From positions 79,372 to 143,371 of the forward strand of contig CAZATU010000003.1 in the NCBI GenBank assembly GCA_964488165.1: a stretch of 64,000 nucleotides of DNA. Direction: 5' to 3'. Of the stretch, positions 50,801 to 58,414 are shown piece after piece. The notes under the pieces are model-generated. The model saw nothing but the letters and a program-made list of their open reading frames with translations, made no database searches and was not told the DNA's origin. A program made the translations under genes and the position numbers. The DNA comes from an uncultured Candidatus Peribacteria bacterium (lineage in GTDB: Bacteria; Patescibacteriota; Gracilibacteria; Peribacterales; Peribacteraceae). Position 1 is the first letter of the stretch, and the number at the start of each line of letters is the position of its first letter.

Positions 50801-51628
50801 GCCTTCCCCAAAGATGATGGTCATGGGCGACGTGGGCGGCGTGACGGTGACGGTAAAAGCGGTGTTGCGCTCGATGCGCTCGGGGATGCCGCGCATGGCA
50901 TCGGGAGTCTCGGGCGAAGAGCCCGGCGTCTCGCCGCTGACAAAGCGCGCCACCTGGTCTTCTAAGTACCTGGCGACGGTGTCGGGACGCTGGCCGCTCA
51001 ATGGAATCACATGCGTGCGGCCGTTCAACTGCACCGTCACCTGCATGGTCTGGTCGTTGAGCAAGACGCCCATCTGCGGGTTGCGCAGCGTGAGGCTCGT
51101 CATGGTCGTGCGCACGTTCTGGAGGAGCAGCATGCGCTCCTGCCCGCCCTCGGGGGCGGAGCCGGGAGGCGTCATGCCCGGGTAGGGAGAGGCGCCGGGA
51201 GGCGCGTACCACATCCACGGGCTGGGGTAGGCGTAGCTCTGGTTGGCATACGGGTACATGCCCGACGTATCGAAGGTACCGTTGGGCCACGTACCGTTCA
51301 TCGCCGGATAGTTCTGCAGGTTGTAGACCATCCCGTAATAGTTCTGCTGGATGCCCTGCATCATGTTGGCGTACACGCCCTGCATCTGCGGCCACATCTG
51401 CTGCTGCATCTGCGGGTACTGGTTGAACATGGGCTGCATCCGGTGCGACATCTGCGCGAAGGTGTTGCACATCTGCAGGCAGAACGCGGCGAAGCCGTCG
51501 ACGTTGAGATCAAGCTGTTGGGGGGCTTCGGTCGTCTGCTGCACAGCCTCGGGAGGCGTGGGCACGGCACCGCTTTCCGGAGGAGCGGATTGCCACAGAA
51601 GCCGGCGTTCGGAGAAACGATGCGACAT
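47861..51628 (-). CDS. Giant protein, paralog 1: ERRLL N-motif, Q/M/Y/P low-complexity region, beta-rich repeats, C-terminal caspase-fold (metacaspase/orthocaspase-like) domain
   Basis: Start trimmed to MSHRFSERRLLWQS. The C-terminal region FYISLGVHGSTTG-(x34)-FTFDVIACHSGGL has His at 48377-48379 and Cys at 48248-48250. No signal peptide or TM. Confidence 0.85.
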   Translation of the reverse strand: MSHRFSERRLLWQSAPPESGAVPTPPEAVQQTTEAPQQLDLNVDGFAAFCLQMCNTFAQMSHRMQPMFNQYPQMQQQMWPQMQGVYANMMQGIQQNYYGMVYNLQNYPAMNGTWPNGTFDTSGMYPYANQSYAYPSPWMWYAPPGASPYPGMTPPGSAPEGGQERMLLLQNVRTTMTSLTLRNPQMGVLLNDQTMQVTVQLNGRTHVIPLSGQRPDTVARYLEDQVARFVSGETPGSSPETPDAMRGIPERIERNTAFTVTVTPPTSPMTIIFGEGADARPFVINAAGAIVPAGGAPFTVTRRDGALTITCTQNGTFAFQVGTQTVRRTIAETTAPGFEAMVRGIVLPAGVSIVTVAGRDVTLSFDGLTRTVPIAPGLTTAVAITPFLTMSARELQRRRGFERAWSRVTLPGSITKAYPSYTLVRMSKTGVTRTVDINLAPVGAEPDSGAALETTYTNAIIAAGISLNAPEAPPGSFEAAVASAVLPAGMTFAITPPRSVALTYRGTTRSFNVLEPNSTVKDRLEAAARAFRDEVDRVPTAPAAGFEGFPAAMTIFRTHEFRVAPPASPISFTAVINGTTTVYEVLADGSLKTGGRAVDITTLPFSIGRAGGAVLFTSRTPGRFTFQPAGSPAVTRDVAPEAVRPAALVGLPPRLIKNRATTFSVDPATAAVTVDVTVGATTKRYTIQANGSIALPDADPAPFSATRLMGIITIVPASGSSYLIKNATVEQRLAVADTLEAPAALTALAANDTSRTLLRNRAAEGNRIITDPAAEQRRALTFVKTAPVRPPEYSAGDVTGADAIGPSADDQDFAKRVNALTWGTMGHRIEGRKVHMSYRGWQMTYDASTQTPEGGANSVNTRSSVLFLLRRRALSNQDKFNFYQSVDRCFTRAPRYTSGTTSIEVFKNAGAADWECFGFTRTVDGVAQRWLFSTWDLRGDDGDSSEVTLRRADDPSTQISLHLGDLFTNISTGTPAIKPDVEQAMRRGEAIRASERADSARMRTFDLPRDRPIGYIGLYDAKQNITRNNITNMPRMLAGRGHTFVSSGAPARGVDRDPHAMMEESVRAMTAQGVRDFYISLGVHGSTTGMSFTSADGRTRFPLSPADVGRLVDAFPDCRFTFDVIACHSGGLDPANLRTNLYTELSSAHTGRVTMIVHTKEIVTNIATGVVGGDWSDASSYYSFYLLHFLDQKKPDGSPLHTYGEAHVLADEAVKRTMPGLDPAAIRSGVEGGDRTARMGTRPPLPDMPPRDELA

Positions 51629-51629
51629 G

Positions 51630-51905
51630 CTATGCGTCGAAATTGGGAAGCGGCTCACTCTGACGTTCCTGTTCTTCCTTGCAGCTGCGGCCGAGCTTCT
51701 CCCCTTTCTTCACGAGCTGGTCCATGGAATCGATCCCCTCTTGCACGACGCGTGCGTGCGCATCAAGACCATCACGGAGGAGCTGGGTGATGCTGATGCG
51801 ATCAATTTCCTTCAGACGATCGCTGGCATCGGCAAGCGCCTGACGCACCGGAGGCGGCAGGAGAGGCATGGCCAGCACGAAGGCGCGGAAGGTGGCGGAG
51901 TCCAT
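51630..51905 (-). CDS. Small helical protein (91 aa), partner of giant paralog 1
   Basis: MDSATFRAFVLAMPLLPPPVRQALADASDRL... The TAG stop lies 1 nt before the giant's ATG. Clear paralog of 54613..54894. Confidence 0.75.
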   Translation of the reverse strand: MDSATFRAFVLAMPLLPPPVRQALADASDRLKEIDRISITQLLRDGLDAHARVVQEGIDSMDQLVKKGEKLGRSCKEEQERQSEPLPNFDA

Positions 51906-51919
51906 GTGTGTTTCTCGCC

Positions 51920-51948
51920 ACTATAGCAAAAAAGCCCGATTGAAGCAA
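51920..51948 (-). promoter_or_regulatory. Sigma70-like promoter candidate, module 1
   Basis: Minus strand: TTGCTT (51948-51943), 17-nt spacer ending ...TGC, TATAGT (51925-51920). Only 14 nt to ATG 51905. Confidence 0.5.
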
Positions 51949-51979
51949 TACGGACATCTTCGCATAAGACAATGACCGT

Positions 51980-54616
51980 TTACGCGCTTGCGCCGGGCGA
52001 GATGCCCGGAGGCAGAGGAGGATGCGCATCGGAGCGCGCCGTGCGCTCGCCGCCTGCAACACCGCTGCGGATGACCGCCGGATCAAGACCAGGCAACGTC
52101 CTTTTGATCGCCTCGTCAGCCAGGAGATGCGCTTCGCCATACGTATACAGAGGAGAGCCATCGGGCTTTTTCTGATCGAGGTAATGCAAGAGGAAGAACG
52201 TGTAGAACGACGTAGCATCGCTCCAATCGCGTCCGCCATTGCGAATCCCGGTGGCGATATTATTGACGATTTGCTTCGTGTGGACGAACACGGTCACGCG
52301 CCCGGCGTGCGCACTGGAAAGCTCGGTATAGAGGTTCGTACCAAGATTTGGCGCATCCAGGCCGCCGGTATGGCAAGCGATAACATCGAAAGTGAAGCGA
52401 CAATCCGGATGCGCATCCACCAGCGTGCCAATCTGCTCGGGCGTGAGCGGATAGCGCTCCGAGCCGTCCCTGAACGCCATACCCGTCATGGAGCCATGGA
52501 CCCCGAGGGAAATATAGAAATCATGCACTCCGCTGCGATACAGTTCCGTCACCCGCTCTTCCATCATGGCCAACGGAGCGCGGTTCACGGGCGTGGCGAC
52601 GTCGCCGGATGTCACGAACGTATGCCCTCTGCTCGCGAGCATGCGCGGCATATCGGTCATCGTGTTCTTCGTCATATTCTCATTGCGATCATAGAGTCCG
52701 ATATACCCAATGGGCCGATCGCGCGGGAGCTCGAACGTGCGTATCCGTGCGGCATCGGCCCGCTCCGAAGCACGGATTGCCTCCGCACGACGCATGGCTT
52801 GCTCCACTTCGGCCTTAATGGCCGGCATTCCAGCCTCAATGTTGGTGAACATGTTCTGGAGCTCCACATTGATTTGCGTCGAGGGATCATCGGCGCGACG
52901 CAGTGTGATACTGCCTTCGACGCCTTGCGCACTGCGCGTTGTAAATACGGAAGCGAACCAGCGCTGTGTGACGCCATTGACGGTGCGGGTACATCCGAAA
53001 TGCTCCCAGTCATTCGCCTTGGCATCCTTGAAGACTTCGACGGTCGTGCCAGCGTCGCTCCATCGCGTTGCCCCTGTGAAGCAGCGATCAAGCGATTGGT
53101 AATAATCGAATTTCTCCTGCGTTCCCAAGGATCTGCCACGAGCAATGAAGAGGGCATCAAGCTCCTCTCTGACCAGTGCTGCCGCGGCTGCAGGCGTTTT
53201 GCCTGCCGTGTCACACGTTCGCATCCAACCTCGGTAGCTCATATGAACAAGGCGCCCTTCAATGCGATGCTTCATCGTACTTCCCCATGGCAACGCATTC
53301 ACGAGCTTTCCAAATTCCTGATCGGCAGCTGAGTCGCCTATGGCATCGGCGCCCGTAACATCGCCTTCGCGATATTCGTCAAGCACGAAGGGCTTCTTTC
53401 GCTGCAAGCGAAAGAGATCCTGCTGATCGAAGAGTGGCTTGGTGAGCAGCTGATCGCCCCGCTGCGCTCGCAACCTCAGCGCATCACGCGATTCTTGATT
53501 GGCTGTAAGGAGCGTGAGGCCCTTTGGCACGACGACAGTATCGGCAACGGCAATACGCGACTCCGCCGCGCCGTTCTTCAACGCATACAATGTACCGCTC
53601 TTCGGCGTGATCGTGATCGCGCCCAGCAGACGGGTGACAGTGAATGGCGCAAGAGTGTCATCAGGGGTGGCGATCGTACCGTTTGCCTGGATTGCATAGC
53701 GCTTGGTGGCGTCACCATCGGTGACATCGACCGTGACGGGCGCATCGGCCGGATCGATGGAGAACGTGCTCGGCTGGTTCCTGATGAAACGCGACGGCAA
53801 AGCAACGAATGCCGACGGACGACGAGGCTCCGGAGCAACGTCACGCGTAATGGGAGCTTCTGCACCGGAGCGGAACGTAAAACGCCCGGCGACGCGCGAT
53901 GCAAACGCTACGGCGCCTCCGGCGCGACCCAGGCTGAACGGCAATGCTGCAATATCCACTGCCTTGCCACCCGTCTTGAGTAGGCCATCGGCACCAAGGT
54001 CGTAGACGGTGCTGACGCCGCCGATGAGCGTCGTGCATGCCAGTGGCGCAGCAGCAGGCACCATGCGGAACGTGGATGCTCCGAAGATCCTCATCGCTTC
54101 AGGAAAATCCTCAAAGCCTCCGGAAGGAGCATCTGCAACGCGCTCCGGCTCACCTTTCGTCTGCACAGCGCCATCTGCGTCCGCGCCAACCGCAGACGTG
54201 CCGCCCGGCGACGGCGTATACCACGTCTCCGGCTGTGGGTAGGCGTCGCTCTGGCCACCATGAGGATATGTACTCGCCGAGCTGACGACATCGTTGGGCC
54301 AGGCGCCGTTCATGGCGGAGTACTTCTGGATTGCCTGAAGCATCCCGTCATAGTTCTGCTCAATGCCCTCCGTCATGGTGGCGTAGACCCCCTGGATCTG
54401 CGGCCAGAGCTGCTGCTGCATAGCCTCGGGATAGCGCTTGAACATAGGCTCGAATGCATGTGTGGCCTGCGAAAACGTGTTCACAAGCTCCGGAGAGGAA
54501 TCTCCGGCATCCTGCATGGCGGCCGGCATTCCTTCAGGAGTGGCGGCAGGCTCGCGTGCCTGTTCGGGGTTGGTAGCCTGGTTCAGAAGCCGTCGTTCGC
54601 GAAGGCTCGCGATCAT
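51980..54616 (-). CDS. Giant protein, paralog 2 (same architecture, shorter repeat region)
   Basis: MIASLRERRLLNQA..., ...FYISLGVHGSMTG-(x34)-FTFDVIACHTGGL (Cys at 52373-52375). Collinear with paralog 1 over its C-terminal ~700 aa. Confidence 0.85.
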   Translation of the reverse strand: MIASLRERRLLNQATNPEQAREPAATPEGMPAAMQDAGDSSPELVNTFSQATHAFEPMFKRYPEAMQQQLWPQIQGVYATMTEGIEQNYDGMLQAIQKYSAMNGAWPNDVVSSASTYPHGGQSDAYPQPETWYTPSPGGTSAVGADADGAVQTKGEPERVADAPSGGFEDFPEAMRIFGASTFRMVPAAAPLACTTLIGGVSTVYDLGADGLLKTGGKAVDIAALPFSLGRAGGAVAFASRVAGRFTFRSGAEAPITRDVAPEPRRPSAFVALPSRFIRNQPSTFSIDPADAPVTVDVTDGDATKRYAIQANGTIATPDDTLAPFTVTRLLGAITITPKSGTLYALKNGAAESRIAVADTVVVPKGLTLLTANQESRDALRLRAQRGDQLLTKPLFDQQDLFRLQRKKPFVLDEYREGDVTGADAIGDSAADQEFGKLVNALPWGSTMKHRIEGRLVHMSYRGWMRTCDTAGKTPAAAAALVREELDALFIARGRSLGTQEKFDYYQSLDRCFTGATRWSDAGTTVEVFKDAKANDWEHFGCTRTVNGVTQRWFASVFTTRSAQGVEGSITLRRADDPSTQINVELQNMFTNIEAGMPAIKAEVEQAMRRAEAIRASERADAARIRTFELPRDRPIGYIGLYDRNENMTKNTMTDMPRMLASRGHTFVTSGDVATPVNRAPLAMMEERVTELYRSGVHDFYISLGVHGSMTGMAFRDGSERYPLTPEQIGTLVDAHPDCRFTFDVIACHTGGLDAPNLGTNLYTELSSAHAGRVTVFVHTKQIVNNIATGIRNGGRDWSDATSFYTFFLLHYLDQKKPDGSPLYTYGEAHLLADEAIKRTLPGLDPAVIRSGVAGGERTARSDAHPPLPPGISPGASA

Positions 54617-54894
54617 GCGGCGGAAGAAAAGTCGGGTAGAGCTTCCGACGAACGCTCGCTCTGCTCATCCAATGCACGCATCATTTTGCCGCCCTTCTTC
54701 ACGAGCTCTTCGATCTGCCTGATGCCCTCATGCAGCAGGCTTGCATGTTGTTCCAGTCCTTTGCGCAGAATCCGGACGATGGCGATGCGATCAGACTCCT
54801 GAAAACGCTCACCGGCGTCTGCGAGCGCCTCACGTACCGCGGGCGGCAGCAAGGGCATGGCGAGCACGTACGCGCGGAAGCTGGCGAGATCCAT
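54613..54894 (-). CDS. Small helical protein (93 aa), partner of giant paralog 2
   Basis: MDLASFRAYVLAMPLLPPAVREALADAGERF... ATGA overlap with the giant's start. Confidence 0.75.
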   Translation of the reverse strand: MDLASFRAYVLAMPLLPPAVREALADAGERFQESDRIAIVRILRKGLEQHASLLHEGIRQIEELVKKGGKMMRALDEQSERSSEALPDFSSAA

Positions 54895-54908
54895 AGGGGT
54901 TTCCCCTA

Positions 54909-54937
54909 ATCATAGCAAAAAGCGCCAAATTCCTCAA
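54909..54937 (-). promoter_or_regulatory. Sigma70-like promoter candidate, module 2
   Basis: Minus strand: TTGAGG (54937-54932), 17-nt spacer ending ...TGC, TATGAT (54914-54909). 14 nt to ATG 54894. The spacer 3' half (gc.tttttgc) is shared with the module 1 promoter. Confidence 0.5.
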
Positions 54938-54951
54938 GAATACGCGGCGAT

Positions 54952-55311
54952 TCAGGCGATGTCGGTTTCTTTCGTCGGCTCGATGAGACTGCCGAACGAA
55001 CCGTTGGTCGACGCAAGCGCCTTGCGCAGCTCACCGACGTCAACACCCTCCGAGCACAGCTGGGTCGAAGCGTTCACGCCGGTCTTCTCGGGCTCGGTTT
55101 CGATGACGCCCTTCGTAAGGCTCTGGAGAGAGGCATGGAGAACGATGTAGGCATCACACGCCTCGCACTTGAGCTGCATCAAGAGAAAATCGTCCCCCGT
55201 CATGCGGACGGACGTGAATTCCACGGGGACCTTGCCCCCGCATTGCGGGCAACGCATCTGCTGACGGATGCGCTGGAGGATGAGGTGCAACGTGTGCGGA
55301 TCCCAAATCAC
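54952..55311 (-). CDS. Zinc-ribbon protein (hypothetical)
   Basis: CPQCGG...(x25)...CEAC arrangement. No further motif recognised. Confidence 0.55.
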   Translation of the reverse strand: MIWDPHTLHLILQRIRQQMRCPQCGGKVPVEFTSVRMTGDDFLLMQLKCEACDAYIVLHASLQSLTKGVIETEPEKTGVNASTQLCSEGVDVGELRKALASTNGSFGSLIEPTKETDIA

Positions 55312-55376
55312 GAAGTCATTGTAGCAGATTGGGTCGAAGACGACAACGATTTCCTGCTAGAATATGCCCCTGGTCT

Positions 55377-55874
55377 ATGCGCCCATCTGTCTTCCTCGCC
55401 GCACTTGCGGCAGCGGCCATCCTCGCACCGCTCGCCGCCCTGTCGCTGCGATTCTCAGCGGCGGTGCTCCCGCCCGCGGGCGGCGAAGTGGTCATCGGCA
55501 TCGACCATCAACACGTCGCCACCCTCACGGTGACGGCGACACGCAGTAACGGAAAGCTGTTGTTCGCGGCCGATAACACCGGAACGTCGGGCTTGGGCCT
55601 GCTCGTGCCCGCCGACTGGAAACGCTCCGAAGTACGCAACGTTCCTATTGATTCGATGACGATGGAGCCTCCGGTGCTCGGCATGCGGCGGGTGAGCATC
55701 GCGTCGGGAGCGGGCGTGAGCTTCACTGGTGCCTTCCCTGCAACACTTAAGCTCCATGCGGCCGGAGCGGCGGCGCTCAAAGTGACGATGATCGCGGTGG
55801 ATCTCGATAACGGAACATCGAGCCGGGATGTGCGGTTAGTGCAGCAATCGACGGTGGTGTTGTGGGGAGAGTAG
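55377..55874 (+). CDS. Small secreted protein (hypothetical)
   Basis: Start trimmed to MRPSVFLAALAAAAILAPLAALS (signal-peptide-like). Beta-rich remainder. Confidence 0.55.
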   Translation: MRPSVFLAALAAAAILAPLAALSLRFSAAVLPPAGGEVVIGIDHQHVATLTVTATRSNGKLLFAADNTGTSGLGLLVPADWKRSEVRNVPIDSMTMEPPVLGMRRVSIASGAGVSFTGAFPATLKLHAAGAAALKVTMIAVDLDNGTSSRDVRLVQQSTVVLWGE

Positions 55875-55910
55875 TTCTTTGCAGTAGGGCCGCTTGGGAA
55901 GCAGACTCTA

Positions 55911-56471
55911 TTCCCACTTTTTTAGAAAAAGTTGCCAACGAAACATGCCGGTTTCTTTGCCAACCACACGAATATTCCACCCTTGTCCAAGCGACAAGGG
56001 TGGAGCCCAAGCGCGTGCCGTCAAAGCCCCCACTCCACTTGCGGCACCACCCCCGGCGTTGACGGCGGGCCACCCCAACACGGCATCGCCGTCTACCGCT
56101 CTCCTAGGTATACACATCGGGAGGAAGGAGAACGGGAGGGCCGCCGGGCTGCTCCATCGCGAAGAATCAATCGAACATCCGAACCAGAAGAATGTTGTAC
56201 AGAAGCGCAGCCTGGTTTCTTCTACCAACCTGGCGCGGCCCCGCTGCCACGGGGGGTGTGAGGGGTAGCCCCGCCGTGTCGTGGCGCAGCGAACCGAGCT
56301 GCGCCAACGAGACGAGGAGTCGGACGGGAAACCTTGGACCGTCCGACGACGAGGCCCGGGGCGGTGCGGAGTGTGCACTTGGCGGCGGAGACTTTTCTTT
56401 CGCCGGTTTCTTTGTGTGGTGACAAAGAAATCGGCATCTCTCGTTACGGCAATTTTCTAAAAAAGTGGGAA
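55911..56471. repeat. ~560-bp non-coding element bounded by ~58-bp imperfect terminal inverted repeats, with a GC-rich hairpin-dense core
   Basis: The reverse complement of the left arm (55911-55969, ttcccacttttttagaaaaagttgccaacgaaacatgccggtttctttgccaaccacac) aligns with the right arm (56414-56471, gtgtggtgacaaagaaatcggcatctctcgttacggcaattttctaaaaaagtgggaa), with most positions identical. The core contains perfect hairpins, e.g. ccacccttgtc/gacaagggtgg (55977-56003), ggcgcagc/gctgcgcc and gtcggacgg/ccgtccgac. Only Arg/Pro-rich junk ORFs overlap it. Confidence 0.7.
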
Positions 56472-56500
56472 AGAGAATTTCTCTATGTAGCAAAGAAAAC

Positions 56501-57232
56501 CTAAATAAACCCCTCCACATGCAAATGCTGTTTCTGCAAGCCCCACGTTTCGAGACAGAGTTTTTTCACCTCCGCCGTCATGTCGGGGTTGCCGCATACG
56601 TACACGGTATGGCCGGAGAGATCCGGCAGGATGGTGGGCGTGATCTGCTGGATGCGTCCGCGCAGCCCCTTCCACGCCGCGCTCGGCTGGGAGAGCGTGA
56701 CATGGAGGCGAACGTGCGGATGCTTGGCGCACAGCGCCGACCACTCTTCGAGCCAGAAGAGATCCTCTTCGCTGCGCACGCCGAACACGACGTCCATGGG
56801 GCGTGTATCGCCGCTGGCAAGCGCCGCACGCACATGCGAGCGGAACGGCGCGATGCCCGTGCTGGTGGAAAGAAACATCAGCGGCCGCCCGTCGTGCTCG
56901 AGAACAAAACGTCCGAAAGGCCCCTGGATATCGACACTCCCCCCTTCGCGAAGCGCATGCTCAATCCAGCGGCTCGCCCTGCCGCCGTCTTTGCGCTTGA
57001 TGATGAAGAGCAGCGTGTCTTCCTCGGGCGAAGAAGCGATGGAATAGGCGCGCGGCTGGATATCGGATGGATCATCGAGGCTTGGCACACGCCACAGGAC
57101 GAACTGCCCGGCTTCGTACGCAAACCCCTCGGGGCGCTCCAGCACGATCTCGTGCGTCCCGCGGGCGATGACCGCATTCTTGAGGCAGCGTACGGCAAAG
57201 ATGGGTGTAGCCACAGAAGCCCACTGTACCAC
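56501..57232 (-). CDS. Ferredoxin-NADP reductase-type FAD/NAD(P)-binding oxidoreductase
   Basis: RAYSIASSP (RxYS FAD motif), STSTGIAPF (NAD(P) motif), C-terminal VCGNPDM. Confidence 0.85.
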   Translation of the reverse strand: MVQWASVATPIFAVRCLKNAVIARGTHEIVLERPEGFAYEAGQFVLWRVPSLDDPSDIQPRAYSIASSPEEDTLLFIIKRKDGGRASRWIEHALREGGSVDIQGPFGRFVLEHDGRPLMFLSTSTGIAPFRSHVRAALASGDTRPMDVVFGVRSEEDLFWLEEWSALCAKHPHVRLHVTLSQPSAAWKGLRGRIQQITPTILPDLSGHTVYVCGNPDMTAEVKKLCLETWGLQKQHLHVEGFI

Positions 57233-57236
57233 GAGT

Positions 57237-58355
57237 TCACGCTTTGGCCGCCTTGATCATGGCCAGAAATTCGTCGAAGAGGAACGCGGCATCCTCGGGT
57301 CCAGGAGAGGCTTCGGGGTGGAACTGCACGGCGCGGAAACGATCGCTCTCGTGGCGAATACCTTCCACCGTGCCGTCATTGGCGTTACGGAACCACACCG
57401 ACCAGCCCTTGGGCAGCTCTTCATTGACGGCGAAGCCGTGGTTTTGCGAGGTGATGAGGCAGCGCTTGGACGGAACGCAGACGCCTTCGCGACACTCGTG
57501 CATGAGACACGGTTGGTTGGCTCCGCGATGGCCGTACTTCAACTTGTAGGTGTCGCTGCCGATGGCCAACGCCATCAGCTGGTTGCCTAGGCAAATACCG
57601 AAGGTGGGGATGTCGCGCTCGATCGCCCGCTTGATGGAGCGAATCGTGGGCACGCATTGCTTCGGGTCTCCGGGCCCGTTGCTGATGAAGACGCCGTCGA
57701 TGGCGCCGACGTGCTTGTCGATGTCGTAATCCCAGGGGACACGGACGATGCGCGCGCCGCGCTTGAGCAAGCTGCGGAGAATGTTGCGCTTCATGCCGCA
57801 GTCGTAGGCAAGGATCGTGGGGGCGTCGGGCAAATTGCCGGGGGGTTCGTACGTCAGCACTTCGCCGCAGCTCACTTCAGCGACAAGGTTCTGCAGATTT
57901 GGATCGGGCACCGTGCCGAGCACGGCATCGTCCTTCTGTGCGATGCGCCCGAGCATCACCCCATGCTCGCGGAGCCGCTTGGTGAGCGCACGGGTATCGA
58001 CGCCGGAAATGCCGGGGATCTTGTGGTGTTCGAGCCAGTTGTGGAGGGAGCTCACCGACGCTTGGTGGCTCTTGAAGCGGCTCTCCTGAGCAACGACAAC
58101 GCCGCGCACGTGCACGGCCTCGCTTTCGAGCAACGCGGAAAACCCTCGCGCATCACGCTCCTCGCTCGGGATGCCGTAGTTGCCGATGAGTGGAAACGTG
58201 AACACGAGGATCTGCCCGCGGAAGCTGGGGTCCGTGAGGCTTTCGGGGTACCCCACCATGTTCGTCGTAAAAACCACCTCGCCATGGGCATCGTTTTCGG
58301 CACCGAATGATGCACCGGAATACGTCGTGCCGTCATGCAGGAGAAGCTTCGCCAT
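57237..58355 (-). CDS. carA: Carbamoyl-phosphate synthase small (glutaminase) subunit
   Basis: ...PTFGICLGNQLMALA...HRGANQP...SQNHGFAV...VQFHPEASPGP. Start trimmed to MAKLLLHDG. Confidence 0.92.
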   Translation of the reverse strand: MAKLLLHDGTTYSGASFGAENDAHGEVVFTTNMVGYPESLTDPSFRGQILVFTFPLIGNYGIPSEERDARGFSALLESEAVHVRGVVVAQESRFKSHQASVSSLHNWLEHHKIPGISGVDTRALTKRLREHGVMLGRIAQKDDAVLGTVPDPNLQNLVAEVSCGEVLTYEPPGNLPDAPTILAYDCGMKRNILRSLLKRGARIVRVPWDYDIDKHVGAIDGVFISNGPGDPKQCVPTIRSIKRAIERDIPTFGICLGNQLMALAIGSDTYKLKYGHRGANQPCLMHECREGVCVPSKRCLITSQNHGFAVNEELPKGWSVWFRNANDGTVEGIRHESDRFRAVQFHPEASPGPEDAAFLFDEFLAMIKAAKA

Positions 58356-58414
58356 GGTGCAAATCTGCAGCATGGTAGCGTCGCCACTCGAGGATGACCA
58401 AGCATTTCCGGTGT

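Noticed and set aside
51590-51628. ERRLL motif read as a twin-arginine (Tat) signal
   Set aside because: The RR pair is not followed by a hydrophobic h-region or an AxA site; the next ~40 residues are polar (APPESGAVPTPPEAVQQ...). The context (E-R-R-L-L) also does not fit S/T-R-R-x-F-L-K.
56100-56230. RNase P RNA-like strings inside the inverted-repeat element (GGGAGGAAGG...CCGGGCTGCTCCAT and ACAGAAGCGCAGCC)
   Set aside because: The near-invariant GAGGAAAGUCC and ACAGAAxCCGGCUUA blocks are not intact. The two strings are only ~80 nt apart, too close for a bacterial specificity domain, and no GGUAAGAGCGCACC-like block is present. I also saw no tRNA-like 3' end (tmRNA) or GGAAGCAGCC (SRP) motif.
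55894-56520. ORFs of 109-156 aa on both strands across the inverted-repeat element
   Set aside because: They are Arg/Pro/Gly/Ala-dominated, mutually overlapping in several frames, and have no start context or motif. The region is better explained as non-coding structured DNA/RNA.
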